The notes under the pieces are model-generated. The model was not told the DNA's origin, searched no databases, and saw nothing but the letters and a program-made list of their open reading frames with translations. A DNA stretch of 64,000 bases from Ignavibacteriales bacterium. Its GTDB lineage: Bacteria > Bacillota > Clostridia > Acetivibrionales > UBA4821. Of the stretch, positions 35,731-44,873 are shown one piece after another. Position 1 is the stretch's first letter. The number at the start of each line of letters is the position of its first letter. The stretch is from NCBI GenBank assembly GCA_050260055.1, contig JBLNBO010000022.1, positions 131,207 through 195,206 of the forward strand. Direction: 5' to 3'. A program made the position numbers and the translations under genes.

Positions 35731-36978
35731 ATGGAACAATTCACAATGAACACTGTTTACGAGGTTTTGAGTAAACTCCAAAAAAGTTTCGAAAAATTTT
35801 CTCTAGAGGCAGAAAAGGTTGGGCTTGAACATTTATTCGGGAGATATACTAGCGAGGATGTTATTTTGCAAGAAGATATTCCTTGTTTTGATAGGGCACT
35901 TATTGATGGATATGCTTTGATATCGGGTGATACATTTGGTTTAGGCGAAGGAAATAATAAGCCTTTTAGCCAGGTTGGACAGTGTGAAGTGGGACAGGAA
36001 TGTGAAATAAATCTTGGGCCAAATGAATGTGTATATATTTCTTCGGGCGCAATGATTCCTCTTAATGCGGATGCGGTAGTTCCAATTGAAGATATTGAAT
36101 TGACTGGGCCTGGAGAAGTTTTAATTAATAGGTTTATTGACAGATGGGAAAATGTAATTAGAAAAGGCGACGATTTGAAAACAGGTGAAGTTCTTATCAA
36201 AGAAGGAACCAGATTAGGTGTAAGAGAGATGGGAGCCCTTGCTGGATCAGGTATTGGCCATGTAAATGTAATCAAGAAGATAAGAGCGGCAGTAATTTCC
36301 ACTGGAGAAGAGTTGGTACAACCATATTCTACTATTATTAAACCTGGAAAGGTTAGAGATATTAATTCGCACATGATATGTGATGCATTAAAATCCTTTG
36401 GAGTAGTTCCAATAAATATGGGTATAGCCGGAGATGATTCAAGGAAAATGGAAGAGATTATTGCTGACAGTCTTGAAACTGCGGACTTAATAATAATTTC
36501 TGGCGGCAGCTCAAAAGGTACAATGGACAAGACATATAGTGTTATAAAGAGGATTAATGGCGGAGAAATCATTACAAATAAAATTGGAATTGAACCCGGT
36601 AGGGACACAATAATTGCAAAATGCGGGGATAAGGCAATTTTTGGGCTGCCAGGTAACCCAATTTCCGTTCTTTTAACTCTTCATATTTTAGTTAGGCCTT
36701 TAATACTATGGATGAATAAATCTCAGCCGCGAAATCTAAGCATTAGAGCAGTGTGTACTGAGAACTACAAATCATCAATAGGAAGGGAAGAGTACGTGCT
36801 GGTAAACCTTGATATGAATGACAATGAGTTTACTGCCTCCCCAATTTTGCATAAAAAAGGTTTTATTACTTCAATGATAAAAGGTAATGCATATGTAAAA
36901 ATCAGAGCCTCAGATGAAGGAATAAAAAGAGGGCAGGAAATCGAAGTAGTCGTAATGCAGAATCATGTTTTGTTCTAA
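35731..36978 (+). CDS. moeA: Molybdopterin molybdenumtransferase MoeA-like
   Basis: MoeA N-terminal pattern (...DIPCFDRALIDGYAL...), central MoCF-binding domain (ISTGEEL, ISGGSSKG, GLPGNP). ATG at 35731 after GGTGGAGGG. Confidence 0.8.
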   Translation: MEQFTMNTVYEVLSKLQKSFEKFSLEAEKVGLEHLFGRYTSEDVILQEDIPCFDRALIDGYALISGDTFGLGEGNNKPFSQVGQCEVGQECEINLGPNECVYISSGAMIPLNADAVVPIEDIELTGPGEVLINRFIDRWENVIRKGDDLKTGEVLIKEGTRLGVREMGALAGSGIGHVNVIKKIRAAVISTGEELVQPYSTIIKPGKVRDINSHMICDALKSFGVVPINMGIAGDDSRKMEEIIADSLETADLIIISGGSSKGTMDKTYSVIKRINGGEIITNKIGIEPGRDTIIAKCGDKAIFGLPGNPISVLLTLHILVRPLILWMNKSQPRNLSIRAVCTENYKSSIGREEYVLVNLDMNDNEFTASPILHKKGFITSMIKGNAYVKIRASDEGIKRGQEIEVVVMQNHVLF

Positions 36979-37015
36979 GGATATCTAAAAACAAATATAA
37001 TTTAATAAAACAAAT

Positions 37016-37046
37016 AAAAGCCAGAGAAAACTCTCTGGCTTTTTTA
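37016..37046 (+). terminator. Rho-independent terminator
   Basis: GCCAGAGA-AAAC-TCTCTGGC followed by TTTTTT. Confidence 0.8.
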
Positions 37047-37056
37047 AGGATTAGAT

Positions 37057-38241
37057 ATGCCTAACATTACAGTATTCAGAGTATCTTCTCAAAAGAGCTT
37101 AAAAAAGCCGCTGTTTTATTTGCTTCTTTGGTTCGTAATATCAATGATGTTTATTTTGATATATATTACATTCTTTTTTGATTCTGTTAAGTATTTAGAA
37201 TCTGAAAGCATTAGATTTGTAAGAGCAGCTAATCTAAAAACATTGGAAAGCGTAATTTTCTATTCTATACCTGTTTGTAATACTGGCTCTTTAAATGGCA
37301 AAGAGCCGAATAAAAGTGCGAACACATTATATCTAGGAATTTTTGACTTTAAGAAAATACTGCAGGGGAAATATCCTGTGTTATCTGGCTATGTTCCAAA
37401 TTCTATAAGAGATAAAGCAAATAATCAAAATAGTAATTTTAATGAAAATTCTAATGAAAAGAATCAAGTTGATGAAAATGAAAATAAAAATTCAAAAATT
37501 TACTCAAAGACAACTTTGGTAAAAGCAGGGGGAATTTTAATTAGAAATCATACGAAATATAAAATCGATATAAATAAAATGCTTTCTGAACCTCTTAAGT
37601 TTAAAACTTCGCAAAAAGGTACGAGTGCGATTATACTGCATACGCATACTACTGAAGCATATATGTCAAACAGTAAGAACGCTGCAAATGGGTATAGAAC
37701 AAATTCTCCGGATGAAAATGTTACAAGGGTTGGACTTGAGCTTAAAAAGCAGCTAAATGCGAATAAGATTAAAGCATTTCAAGATACTACGGTACATGAT
37801 TATCCGGAATATCTTGGTGCTTATTCAAGGGCTTTTAAAACCATTTTAAAAAACTTGGGAAAATATCCTGAAGCAAAACTTGTACTTGATATCCATAGAG
37901 ATGCATATGGAGAAACTGAAGGCAGCCTCAGAACTGCAGTCAAGATAAATGGTTCTGATACAGCAAAGATAATGTTTGTTATAGGGACAGATGAATTGGG
38001 GTTGGAGCATAAGGAATGGAGAGAAAATCTTAAATTAGCTGTCAAGCTTCAAGATAAGGCCAACAAATTATATCCTGGACTGTGCCGGGAGATTGATTTG
38101 CGCAAGGAGAGATTTAACCAGCATTCGGCACGCGGAGCTATAATAGTTGAAGTCGGAGGAACAGGAAACAATATAATTGAAGCAGAGAGAAGTATGAAAT
38201 ATCTTGCCAGAATAATATCTGATACATTTAAAACAAAATAG
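37057..38241 (+). CDS. spoIIP: Stage II sporulation protein P
   Basis: N-terminal TM segment, ILHTHTTEAY motif and a C-terminal amidase-like region typical of SpoIIP. Confidence 0.8.
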   Translation: MPNITVFRVSSQKSLKKPLFYLLLWFVISMMFILIYITFFFDSVKYLESESIRFVRAANLKTLESVIFYSIPVCNTGSLNGKEPNKSANTLYLGIFDFKKILQGKYPVLSGYVPNSIRDKANNQNSNFNENSNEKNQVDENENKNSKIYSKTTLVKAGGILIRNHTKYKIDINKMLSEPLKFKTSQKGTSAIILHTHTTEAYMSNSKNAANGYRTNSPDENVTRVGLELKKQLNANKIKAFQDTTVHDYPEYLGAYSRAFKTILKNLGKYPEAKLVLDIHRDAYGETEGSLRTAVKINGSDTAKIMFVIGTDELGLEHKEWRENLKLAVKLQDKANKLYPGLCREIDLRKERFNQHSARGAIIVEVGGTGNNIIEAERSMKYLARIISDTFKTK

Positions 38242-38272
38242 TATCGATTTTTTCATTCAGGAAAAAATACTA

Positions 38273-38608
38273 ATGAATTTTAGATTCCTGGAGGGAAAAA
38301 GATTGAATAAAACAAAAGTAAAAAGAAAATTAAAAGTGACGCGCTCATTAAGTATATTTCTATGTCTTATAGGCTTTTTTTTATTTTTAGGAGTGGGATT
38401 AATTACTGTTGATTGCAGCTTTAACAATCTTACAGGACGCAAGAACAATACACCAATATTTGCATTCATTGATCAAGGAAACGGGAAATATAACATAGCC
38501 ATTTTTGGAAAGAAGCAAGAGCTTAATATCAAAAGAACCAGAGAAATAATAGAAAGTACAGGGCATTTTATAAAAAGTACATTTAATGAAGAAAAAATAA
38601 AGAAGTAA
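38273..38608 (+). CDS. Small membrane-anchored protein (positional analogue of B. subtilis YqxA downstream of spoIIP)
   Basis: Basic N-terminus, one TM segment, 111 aa. The analogy rests on position and size only. Confidence 0.4.
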   Translation: MNFRFLEGKRLNKTKVKRKLKVTRSLSIFLCLIGFFLFLGVGLITVDCSFNNLTGRKNNTPIFAFIDQGNGKYNIAIFGKKQELNIKRTREIIESTGHFIKSTFNEEKIKK

Positions 38609-38680
38609 AACTGATTTAGAGAGTGCGGATAATTATTATTCTGGAATTTAAAAAATCGCATATAAACTATACTTCTCAGA

Positions 38681-38709
38681 TTGATTTCCATAAAGCAATA
38701 TGTTAAAAT
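38681..38709 (+). promoter_or_regulatory. Putative sigma-A promoter
   Basis: TTGATT, 17 nt, TG-T-TAAAAT. Confidence 0.45.
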
Positions 38710-38749
38710 GATTTGAACCATATAGTTTTGATATTTGCGGGGGTACGTT

Positions 38750-40594
38750 ATGAGTGCAGAAAAACTATTATTCAATATTATTATTCTATTTCTTATTGTA
38801 TTTATTTTCAACAGATATATTGTTATGCAACGGATCTCACTCCTGCTAGTACTGACTGGCCAATTTTTTGCTTTAATTTTAAGTATAATAATGTCTGTTA
38901 ACGGAATAAAACCAAGTACACTTATTGAATTTATCTTGGCAATCTTTGGTATAGTAGTACCTGGTATTATATTTTTCTATTTTTATTTTAAAAACAAAGA
39001 AGGAAAAATAAAAAAAATATATCAGACAGTACTAGGAATCTTTACACAAAGCACCACTCCCAAAATTGATGATAAATTTATGATAGAGGATGGCAGTAAA
39101 GACAAGTATAATTTAGGCTTAAAAATGCAAGTAATTCCTGAAAAAACTAGTGATGTCATCTTAAGAGGATATAGTTGTTCTATTGAGGATATACCACTTT
39201 CAGTTAAAGAAGGCTTAGCTGAAAATGATAGGCTTATTGAACTTAAAGCATGGCGAAAGGCGCTCGAGAAATATAACCTGATTTTAAAGCAATGCGGAGA
39301 AAATCCTGTATTACAATTCAATATTGGTAATATTTATTTTCATCTTAAGGAATATCAAAATGCAATAAATGTTTATAATACTGTTTTAGAGATGAATAAA
39401 ATTACCCATAACCTTAGTTTACCTGATGATGAGGAAGCTAGTCACAAGACTGCGGCAAGAAGGATAAAAACGGTACTAAAAAAAGTTGAAGATTATGAAA
39501 TTATTTTTAATACAGCTGTATGCCTTGTATGTCAGGGAAAATACGAGCAAAGCATAGAAGCTTTTAAAAGTGCAGGAGATAATAAGGATAATTGGATAAA
39601 TGTATATCAGCCTCTTGCTTTGGTCTATGAAGCACTTGGTAAAACTATTGAGGCTGCTGAAATGTATAGAAATTTAGCAGAGATTTATCCAGAAGATTTT
39701 GAAATACAAAAAAAGTCAGGGGACTTTTGCTGTACCATGAAAAATTATGATTCTGCAAAACAATATTATGATAGGGCAAACGTATTAAAGCCTGAATATT
39801 ATCAAGGATACCTTAATATTGGAATCTGTTTATTAGGAGATAAAAGATATAAGGAAGCAGTTGACATACTTCAGTTAGTTATTAAGATTTCACCCGATAT
39901 TGCAGAGGTTCATCATAACCTTGGTAATGCATATTACGGAATTGGACAAAAGCTTCTTTCTTTGAGTTCATATAAAAAAGCCATTGAGCTTAACTCAAAT
40001 GACTATAAGTCATTATATAATCTTGGCGTAATTCTTGATGAACTTGATGTGAAAGAGGAGGCTATTATGGCTTTCTCGCATACTCTTGATATTAAGCCTG
40101 ATTTCTATGAGGCTTCAAATAACCTTGCTATATTGCTGTGTTCGATAGAGAGATATGATGAAGCTGTTGATTATTACTTAAAAGCGCTTCAATTTAATCC
40201 TTCAAATATTGAGCTGTACTTTAACCTTGCAATAACATTAGAATACCAGAAGAAATTTGATCAGGCTGAAGAGCTATATCATAAAATTATAAAAATGAGT
40301 CCTAAACTAAGTGATGCCTATTACAATATTGGACTTATCAGAGTACAAAAAGAAGACTTCAAGGGAGCTGAACAGTATTTTAGAAAAGCAGTTGATTGTA
40401 ATCTTGAGCATCATAAATCTTACTATCAACTCGCAAAGATTTATGTGGTCTCAAGGGAATATGGACGGTGCTTAGATTGCTTGGAAAAAGCTGTTGAACT
40501 ATCAAATGATTATATTGAAAAAGTTAAAGTTGAAAAGATTTTTGATTCAATTAGGAAAATGAAAAGTTACGAAGAAATTGTAGAAGCATGCTAA
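38750..40594 (+). CDS. Membrane-anchored tetratricopeptide-repeat (TPR) protein
   Basis: N-terminal TM helices, then many TPR-like units (...AYYNLG..., ...ALQFNPSN..., ...KAVELSNDY...). ATG at 38750 after GGGGG. Confidence 0.75.
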   Translation: MSAEKLLFNIIILFLIVFIFNRYIVMQRISLLLVLTGQFFALILSIIMSVNGIKPSTLIEFILAIFGIVVPGIIFFYFYFKNKEGKIKKIYQTVLGIFTQSTTPKIDDKFMIEDGSKDKYNLGLKMQVIPEKTSDVILRGYSCSIEDIPLSVKEGLAENDRLIELKAWRKALEKYNLILKQCGENPVLQFNIGNIYFHLKEYQNAINVYNTVLEMNKITHNLSLPDDEEASHKTAARRIKTVLKKVEDYEIIFNTAVCLVCQGKYEQSIEAFKSAGDNKDNWINVYQPLALVYEALGKTIEAAEMYRNLAEIYPEDFEIQKKSGDFCCTMKNYDSAKQYYDRANVLKPEYYQGYLNIGICLLGDKRYKEAVDILQLVIKISPDIAEVHHNLGNAYYGIGQKLLSLSSYKKAIELNSNDYKSLYNLGVILDELDVKEEAIMAFSHTLDIKPDFYEASNNLAILLCSIERYDEAVDYYLKALQFNPSNIELYFNLAITLEYQKKFDQAEELYHKIIKMSPKLSDAYYNIGLIRVQKEDFKGAEQYFRKAVDCNLEHHKSYYQLAKIYVVSREYGRCLDCLEKAVELSNDYIEKVKVEKIFDSIRKMKSYEEIVEAC

Positions 40595-40603
40595 TTAGCA
40601 TAA

Positions 40604-40945
40604 TTATTTATTTGGTGAAAGTTCATCTTTAATTTTATGAAACTTAGAAAGGCATTCATCACAATATTTACCGCGCTTTATTGGTTTTTTACAATAAACG
40701 CATGTGAAGAATTCCCCAAGATGGTTAATATCATCAAAACGGCCTTTGCTTATATATCTCAGGATATCTTTTTTTGATACTTTGGTTTCACTGGATATTT
40801 CATCAATAGTAGATGTACTAGGGTTATCAAGTAAAAATTTCCTGACTGTTTCAAGGTCCTGAAGATCCTGAGAAAGGCAATTGGAACAGAGGTCTTCATT
40901 TGCAGGAAATAATTTACCACATTTTACGCATTTGCTTAATTCCAT
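40604..40945 (-). CDS. YvyF-like (TIGR03826-type flagellar-region) zinc-ribbon protein
   Basis: N-terminal CVKCGKLF...CSNC, central HTH-like ...TIDEISSETKVSKKDILRYISKGR, C-terminal CVYC...CDEC. The family call is from memory. Confidence 0.5.
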   Translation of the reverse strand: MELSKCVKCGKLFPANEDLCSNCLSQDLQDLETVRKFLLDNPSTSTIDEISSETKVSKKDILRYISKGRFDDINHLGEFFTCVYCKKPIKRGKYCDECLSKFHKIKDELSPNK

Positions 40946-41138
40946 TGTATTTTACTCTCCTTAGAAATTGAACATTTAGATAATAACGAAACAAGAAAAT
41001 TTAAACCAAAGCAATAGAGAAAATCTCATATATTTATTCTACCACAAAATTTAAAATTAATAAATAAAGCTAAAGCCAAAATCTTGATTTTGCAATTAAA
41101 TATTTTATTTATATGATAATAGCATGGAGGAATTGAAA

Positions 41139-41705
41139 GTGATTGAAAGATTTTTTCCTGATATGGAAGTAAATAAGGTCGAAGATATAAGCATAGATGA
41201 CCTTAGGGATAATAATATCAAAGCTATCATTCTAGATATTGATAACACAATATGTGAATGGAAAATGGAACCTGCAGAAAATGTTAAAGCATGGCTTGGA
41301 TTATTAAAAAGAAATGGAATACAAATATGTCTGGTTTCGAACAATAAAAGATACCGTGTTGAGAAGATTGGAAGGATACTTGAAATAAATTCGATACATA
41401 GTGCAATTAAGCCTAGTAGGAAGGGGTTTCTTTCTGCTATTTCTATTATGAATGTTACACCTGAAGAAACTGCAGTTATCGGAGATCAGATATTTACTGA
41501 TATCTATGGAGGCAACAGGCTTAATATGCTAACAATTTATGTTAAGCCGATTTGTGATAAAGATTATTTATTTGTAAGGATGAAAAGGCCATTTGAAAGA
41601 TTCATTTTACGTAAATATAAATTATGCAATTATTTTCAGAAAGAGAAGAGGATGGTCTGGAAAATAAGGAGCAGAGTAAAAAAATATAAATCATATGAGG
41701 TTTAG
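41139..41705 (+). CDS. yqeG: YqeG-family HAD-IIIA phosphatase
   Basis: IILDIDNTICEW HAD motif I, SNN, GDQIFTDI. GTG at 41139 follows GGAGGA by 7 nt and gives MIERFFPD..., matching the usual YqeG N-terminus. The ORF track start is 41124. Confidence 0.8.
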   Translation: MIERFFPDMEVNKVEDISIDDLRDNNIKAIILDIDNTICEWKMEPAENVKAWLGLLKRNGIQICLVSNNKRYRVEKIGRILEINSIHSAIKPSRKGFLSAISIMNVTPEETAVIGDQIFTDIYGGNRLNMLTIYVKPICDKDYLFVRMKRPFERFILRKYKLCNYFQKEKRMVWKIRSRVKKYKSYEV

Positions 41706-41708
41706 ATT

Positions 41709-42599
41709 ATGTCATACGAAATTACTGCTAAAACCTGTATTACCGGTCTTGTTGGAAATCCAGTTGAGCATAGCGTATCACCAATTTTTCAAAATAAATT
41801 ATGTTATAAGATGAATATAAATTCGGTTTATTTGCCATTCAAAGTGGAACAGGGAGATTTGATAAAGGTCATTGAAGCGTTTAAAGCACTGAATATTAAA
41901 GGATTTAATGTGACAATTCCCTATAAAACTGATGTTTTGGATTTGCTTGATGAAGTGACGGATGAGGCATTGTTAATCGGGGCAGTAAATACAGTGAAGA
42001 TTGTAGAGAATAAACTCTACGGCTATAATACTGATGGTTTAGGATTCATAAGGGCATTAGAAAGTCGGAATGTTGAAATAAAAGATAAAAATGTAATTGT
42101 ATTAGGAGCTGGAGGGGCAGCTCGTGCAGCTGTTGTAAAACTTGCGCAGAAAGGTGCAAAAAAAATTATAATTTTAAATAGAACTCAGGATAAAGCAAAA
42201 ATACTCTCTGATTTAGTTAATAAAAAAGTTGCTGATATTGCAGTAAATGATGAATTAACCAATAATACATTAAGAAAGTATGCCGCTGACTGTAATATGC
42301 TGATAAATACTACTTCGGTTGGAATGTGGCCTGATATAAATAAGTGTATAGTTGATTCGGAAGAAATATTCACTAATAAGCCTGTTGTTTTTGATATGAT
42401 TTATAATCCTTTTAAAACAAATTTTCTATCGCTAGCAGAAAAAAACTCATGTAATATTATTAACGGTCTTGGAATGCTTGTATACCAAGGTGTTTGTGCA
42501 TTTGAAATATGGCATGATGTCAATGTCCCATTACAAATTGGAACTGAATTAATCACTAACCTAAAAGAATATTTTGTTAAAATGCAGGATTTTAAGTAA
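41709..42599 (+). CDS. aroE: Shikimate dehydrogenase
   Basis: GNPVEHSVSP, NVTIPYK, GAGGAARA. Confidence 0.9.
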   Translation: MSYEITAKTCITGLVGNPVEHSVSPIFQNKLCYKMNINSVYLPFKVEQGDLIKVIEAFKALNIKGFNVTIPYKTDVLDLLDEVTDEALLIGAVNTVKIVENKLYGYNTDGLGFIRALESRNVEIKDKNVIVLGAGGAARAAVVKLAQKGAKKIIILNRTQDKAKILSDLVNKKVADIAVNDELTNNTLRKYAADCNMLINTTSVGMWPDINKCIVDSEEIFTNKPVVFDMIYNPFKTNFLSLAEKNSCNIINGLGMLVYQGVCAFEIWHDVNVPLQIGTELITNLKEYFVKMQDFK

Positions 42600-42648
42600 T
42601 TTTAAAGAATATTTAGTTATACGTTTTATACCAAAAGGGGGATTTATT

Positions 42649-42930
42649 ATGTCACAAGAGGAATTAAACATTAAAAACTATATGGAAGAAGTTGTTTATG
42701 GACTTTTTGACGATGTATTAAAAGATTTGAATGTTTGTACTTGTGGAAAATGCAGAATGGATATTGCAGCGATTGCTTTAAATCAGCTTCCTGCAAAGTA
42801 TATAGTAACTGAAAAGGGAGAACTTTACTCAAAAATTAATACATTAAGACAGCAGTTTGAGGTTGATGTTATATCTGCCATTACAAAAGCAGCTGTACTC
42901 GTAAAAAGGTCGCCAAGACATGAAAGCTAA
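42649..42930 (+). CDS. comFB: ComFB-family (late competence development protein ComFB-like) small protein
   Basis: NYMEEVV...CTCGKCRMDIAAIALNQLPAKY...RSPRH matches the ComFB family pattern. ATG at 42649 after an AAAGGGGGA RBS. Confidence 0.7.
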   Translation: MSQEELNIKNYMEEVVYGLFDDVLKDLNVCTCGKCRMDIAAIALNQLPAKYIVTEKGELYSKINTLRQQFEVDVISAITKAAVLVKRSPRHES

Positions 42931-43447
42931 TCTCTCTAATCTTGTATTTACAGGATTTATGGGAACAGGTAAATCTTCGATTGGCCAGCTTTCAGCTTCA
43001 GCATTAAGTTTTGATTTTATTGATATCGATAAAGAAATCGAAAATCGTGAAAATATGCTAATATCAGAAATATTTGCAACTTTTGGCGAAGCTTATTTTA
43101 GAAGATTAGAAAGTAAATTAATTGAGGAAATATCACTTAAAACAAAAACGGTTATTTCAACCGGCGGTGGAGTTGTACTTAATCCTGAGAATATTAGCAA
43201 TCTTAGAAAGAATGGAATTGTTATTCTCCTAAAAGCTGAACCGGAAATAATTTATCGAAATGTTGCAAAAGATAAGAATAGACCGCTTTTAAATTGTGAA
43301 AATCCTATGGCTAGAATAATAGAGCTGCTTGAAGCAAGAAAATCATATTATGAGAACAATGATTTTGAAATCGATGTTTCTAAATTAACTATACAAGAGG
43401 CTGCTTTAAGGGCAATACAATTATTTAATAATAAATGTTCTTCATAA
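42920..43447 (+). CDS. aroK: Shikimate kinase
   Basis: GFMGTGKSSIG P-loop, 175 aa. Overlaps the comFB end by 11 nt. Confidence 0.9.
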   Translation: MKANLSNLVFTGFMGTGKSSIGQLSASALSFDFIDIDKEIENRENMLISEIFATFGEAYFRRLESKLIEEISLKTKTVISTGGGVVLNPENISNLRKNGIVILLKAEPEIIYRNVAKDKNRPLLNCENPMARIIELLEARKSYYENNDFEIDVSKLTIQEAALRAIQLFNNKCSS

Positions 43448-43477
43448 TAAGTGATGTTTTAATTTATGATTTTTGCT

Positions 43478-43507
43478 GACGGCTAGGGAAGTTTTTCTCT
43501 AGCCGTC
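43478..43507 (+). other. Perfect 9-bp GC-rich hairpin inside the aro operon (no T-tract)
   Basis: GACGGCTAG-12 nt-CTAGCCGTC. Confidence 0.5.
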
Positions 43508-43549
43508 TCTAAATAGAATTATTATACAATAAAAGGAAAATATAATACT

Positions 43550-44416
43550 ATGATTAGATTTGGACCTTCCGGGAACTCAGAGTCATTTTATAAGCAAGGC
43601 TTCAATTCATCCATTGATGCACCTGGGTGGATTGCTAAGCTTGGTCTTAATGCCTATGAATACCAATGTAGTAAAGGGATAAATATTTCTGCAGAAAAAG
43701 CGGAAGTTCTTGGGGAAAAAGCAAAAGAATATAAAATATTTTTGAGTATTCATGCCCCATATTTTATAAACTTTGCTAATGCGGATGAAACAAAAAGGCA
43801 AGGTTCAATAAAATATGTACTTGATACTTTAGAGATTGCAAAAAAGATGGATGCAAAAAGGATAGTTGTTCATCCTGGGACTTGTGCTGGAGTAGACAGA
43901 CGTGAAGCATTCCTTACAGCAAAGCAGACTTTAAAGATTATTATAGATGAGGCTAAAAACTTAAGGCTTAATGGAGTTTGTATCTGTCCGGAAACAATGG
44001 GTAAAATAAATCAATTAGGCAATGTGGATGAGATAATAGAGCTTTGTGCTATTGATGAACGAATATATCCAACATTGGATTTTGGACATATACATGCACG
44101 GAGCAGGGGGGAATTATTGAATAACACTCAAGATTATGAGAAAATATTTGATAGTATAGAAAATAAATTAGGCAAAGAGAAGCTAAAATATTTTCATTGT
44201 CATTTTAGTAGAATAGAGTATACGCAGGGTGGAGAAAAAAAGCATTGGACATTGAATGATGCACAATTTGGACCGGAATTTATCTTTTTGGCTAAGGTTA
44301 TTGCCAGACGCAAACTTGAACCTGTAATAATTAGCGAGTCAAGAGGCACAATGGCAGAAGATGCGTTAGAGTTAAAAAGTATTTATGAATCAGTAAAGGA
44401 GAAAAAGAAGCTATGA
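43550..44416 (+). CDS. Endonuclease-IV-like (xylose-isomerase-fold TIM-barrel) protein
   Basis: Nfo-like metal-ligand blocks in the expected order (HAPYFINF, VVHPG, CPETMG, LDFGHIHA, FHCHFS, IISESR). The stop overlaps the aroQ start (ATGA). Confidence 0.6.
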   Translation: MIRFGPSGNSESFYKQGFNSSIDAPGWIAKLGLNAYEYQCSKGINISAEKAEVLGEKAKEYKIFLSIHAPYFINFANADETKRQGSIKYVLDTLEIAKKMDAKRIVVHPGTCAGVDRREAFLTAKQTLKIIIDEAKNLRLNGVCICPETMGKINQLGNVDEIIELCAIDERIYPTLDFGHIHARSRGELLNNTQDYEKIFDSIENKLGKEKLKYFHCHFSRIEYTQGGEKKHWTLNDAQFGPEFIFLAKVIARRKLEPVIISESRGTMAEDALELKSIYESVKEKKKL

Positions 44417-44853
44417 AATTTTTGGTTGTTAATGGGCCCAATCTTAATATGCTGGGAAAAAGGGAACCGGAGATTTATGGAGTAGAAACGCTAAATGATA
44501 TTATTAAGAAAACCGAGAATGAAGCTAAAAGTCTAGGTGTTGAAGTTGATTTTTTCCAATCTAATCATGAAGGCGAAATAATTGACAAAATACAAAGTGC
44601 TATAGGCAAATATGATTCTATAATAATAAATCCGGCTGCTTTTACTCATTATAGTATAGCTGTTAGGGATGCCGTAAAATCAACTGGAATTCCAACTATA
44701 GAAATACATATCTCAAATATTCATTTAAGAGAGGAATTCAGAAGTAAATCTGTTATTTCTCCAGTATGTATTGGACAAATATCTGGTTTTGGTTCGGATT
44801 CTTACATATTAGGGCTGCATGCAGCAATTCTGACATGTAAAAAAGAAGGGTAA
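44413..44853 (+). CDS. aroQ: Type II 3-dehydroquinate dehydratase
   Basis: VVNGPNLNMLGKREPEIYG, FQSNHEGEIID, NPAAFTHYS, HISN. Confidence 0.95.
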   Translation: MKFLVVNGPNLNMLGKREPEIYGVETLNDIIKKTENEAKSLGVEVDFFQSNHEGEIIDKIQSAIGKYDSIIINPAAFTHYSIAVRDAVKSTGIPTIEIHISNIHLREEFRSKSVISPVCIGQISGFGSDSYILGLHAAILTCKKEG

Positions 44854-44873
44854 GTTATGATATGGAGGATATA

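Noticed and set aside
35757-36608. 283-aa ORF on the minus strand inside moeA
   Set aside because: It is fully antisense to a gene with clear MoeA motifs. The product is low-complexity (S/P/I-rich) with no RBS or motif, a typical shadow ORF in AT-rich DNA.
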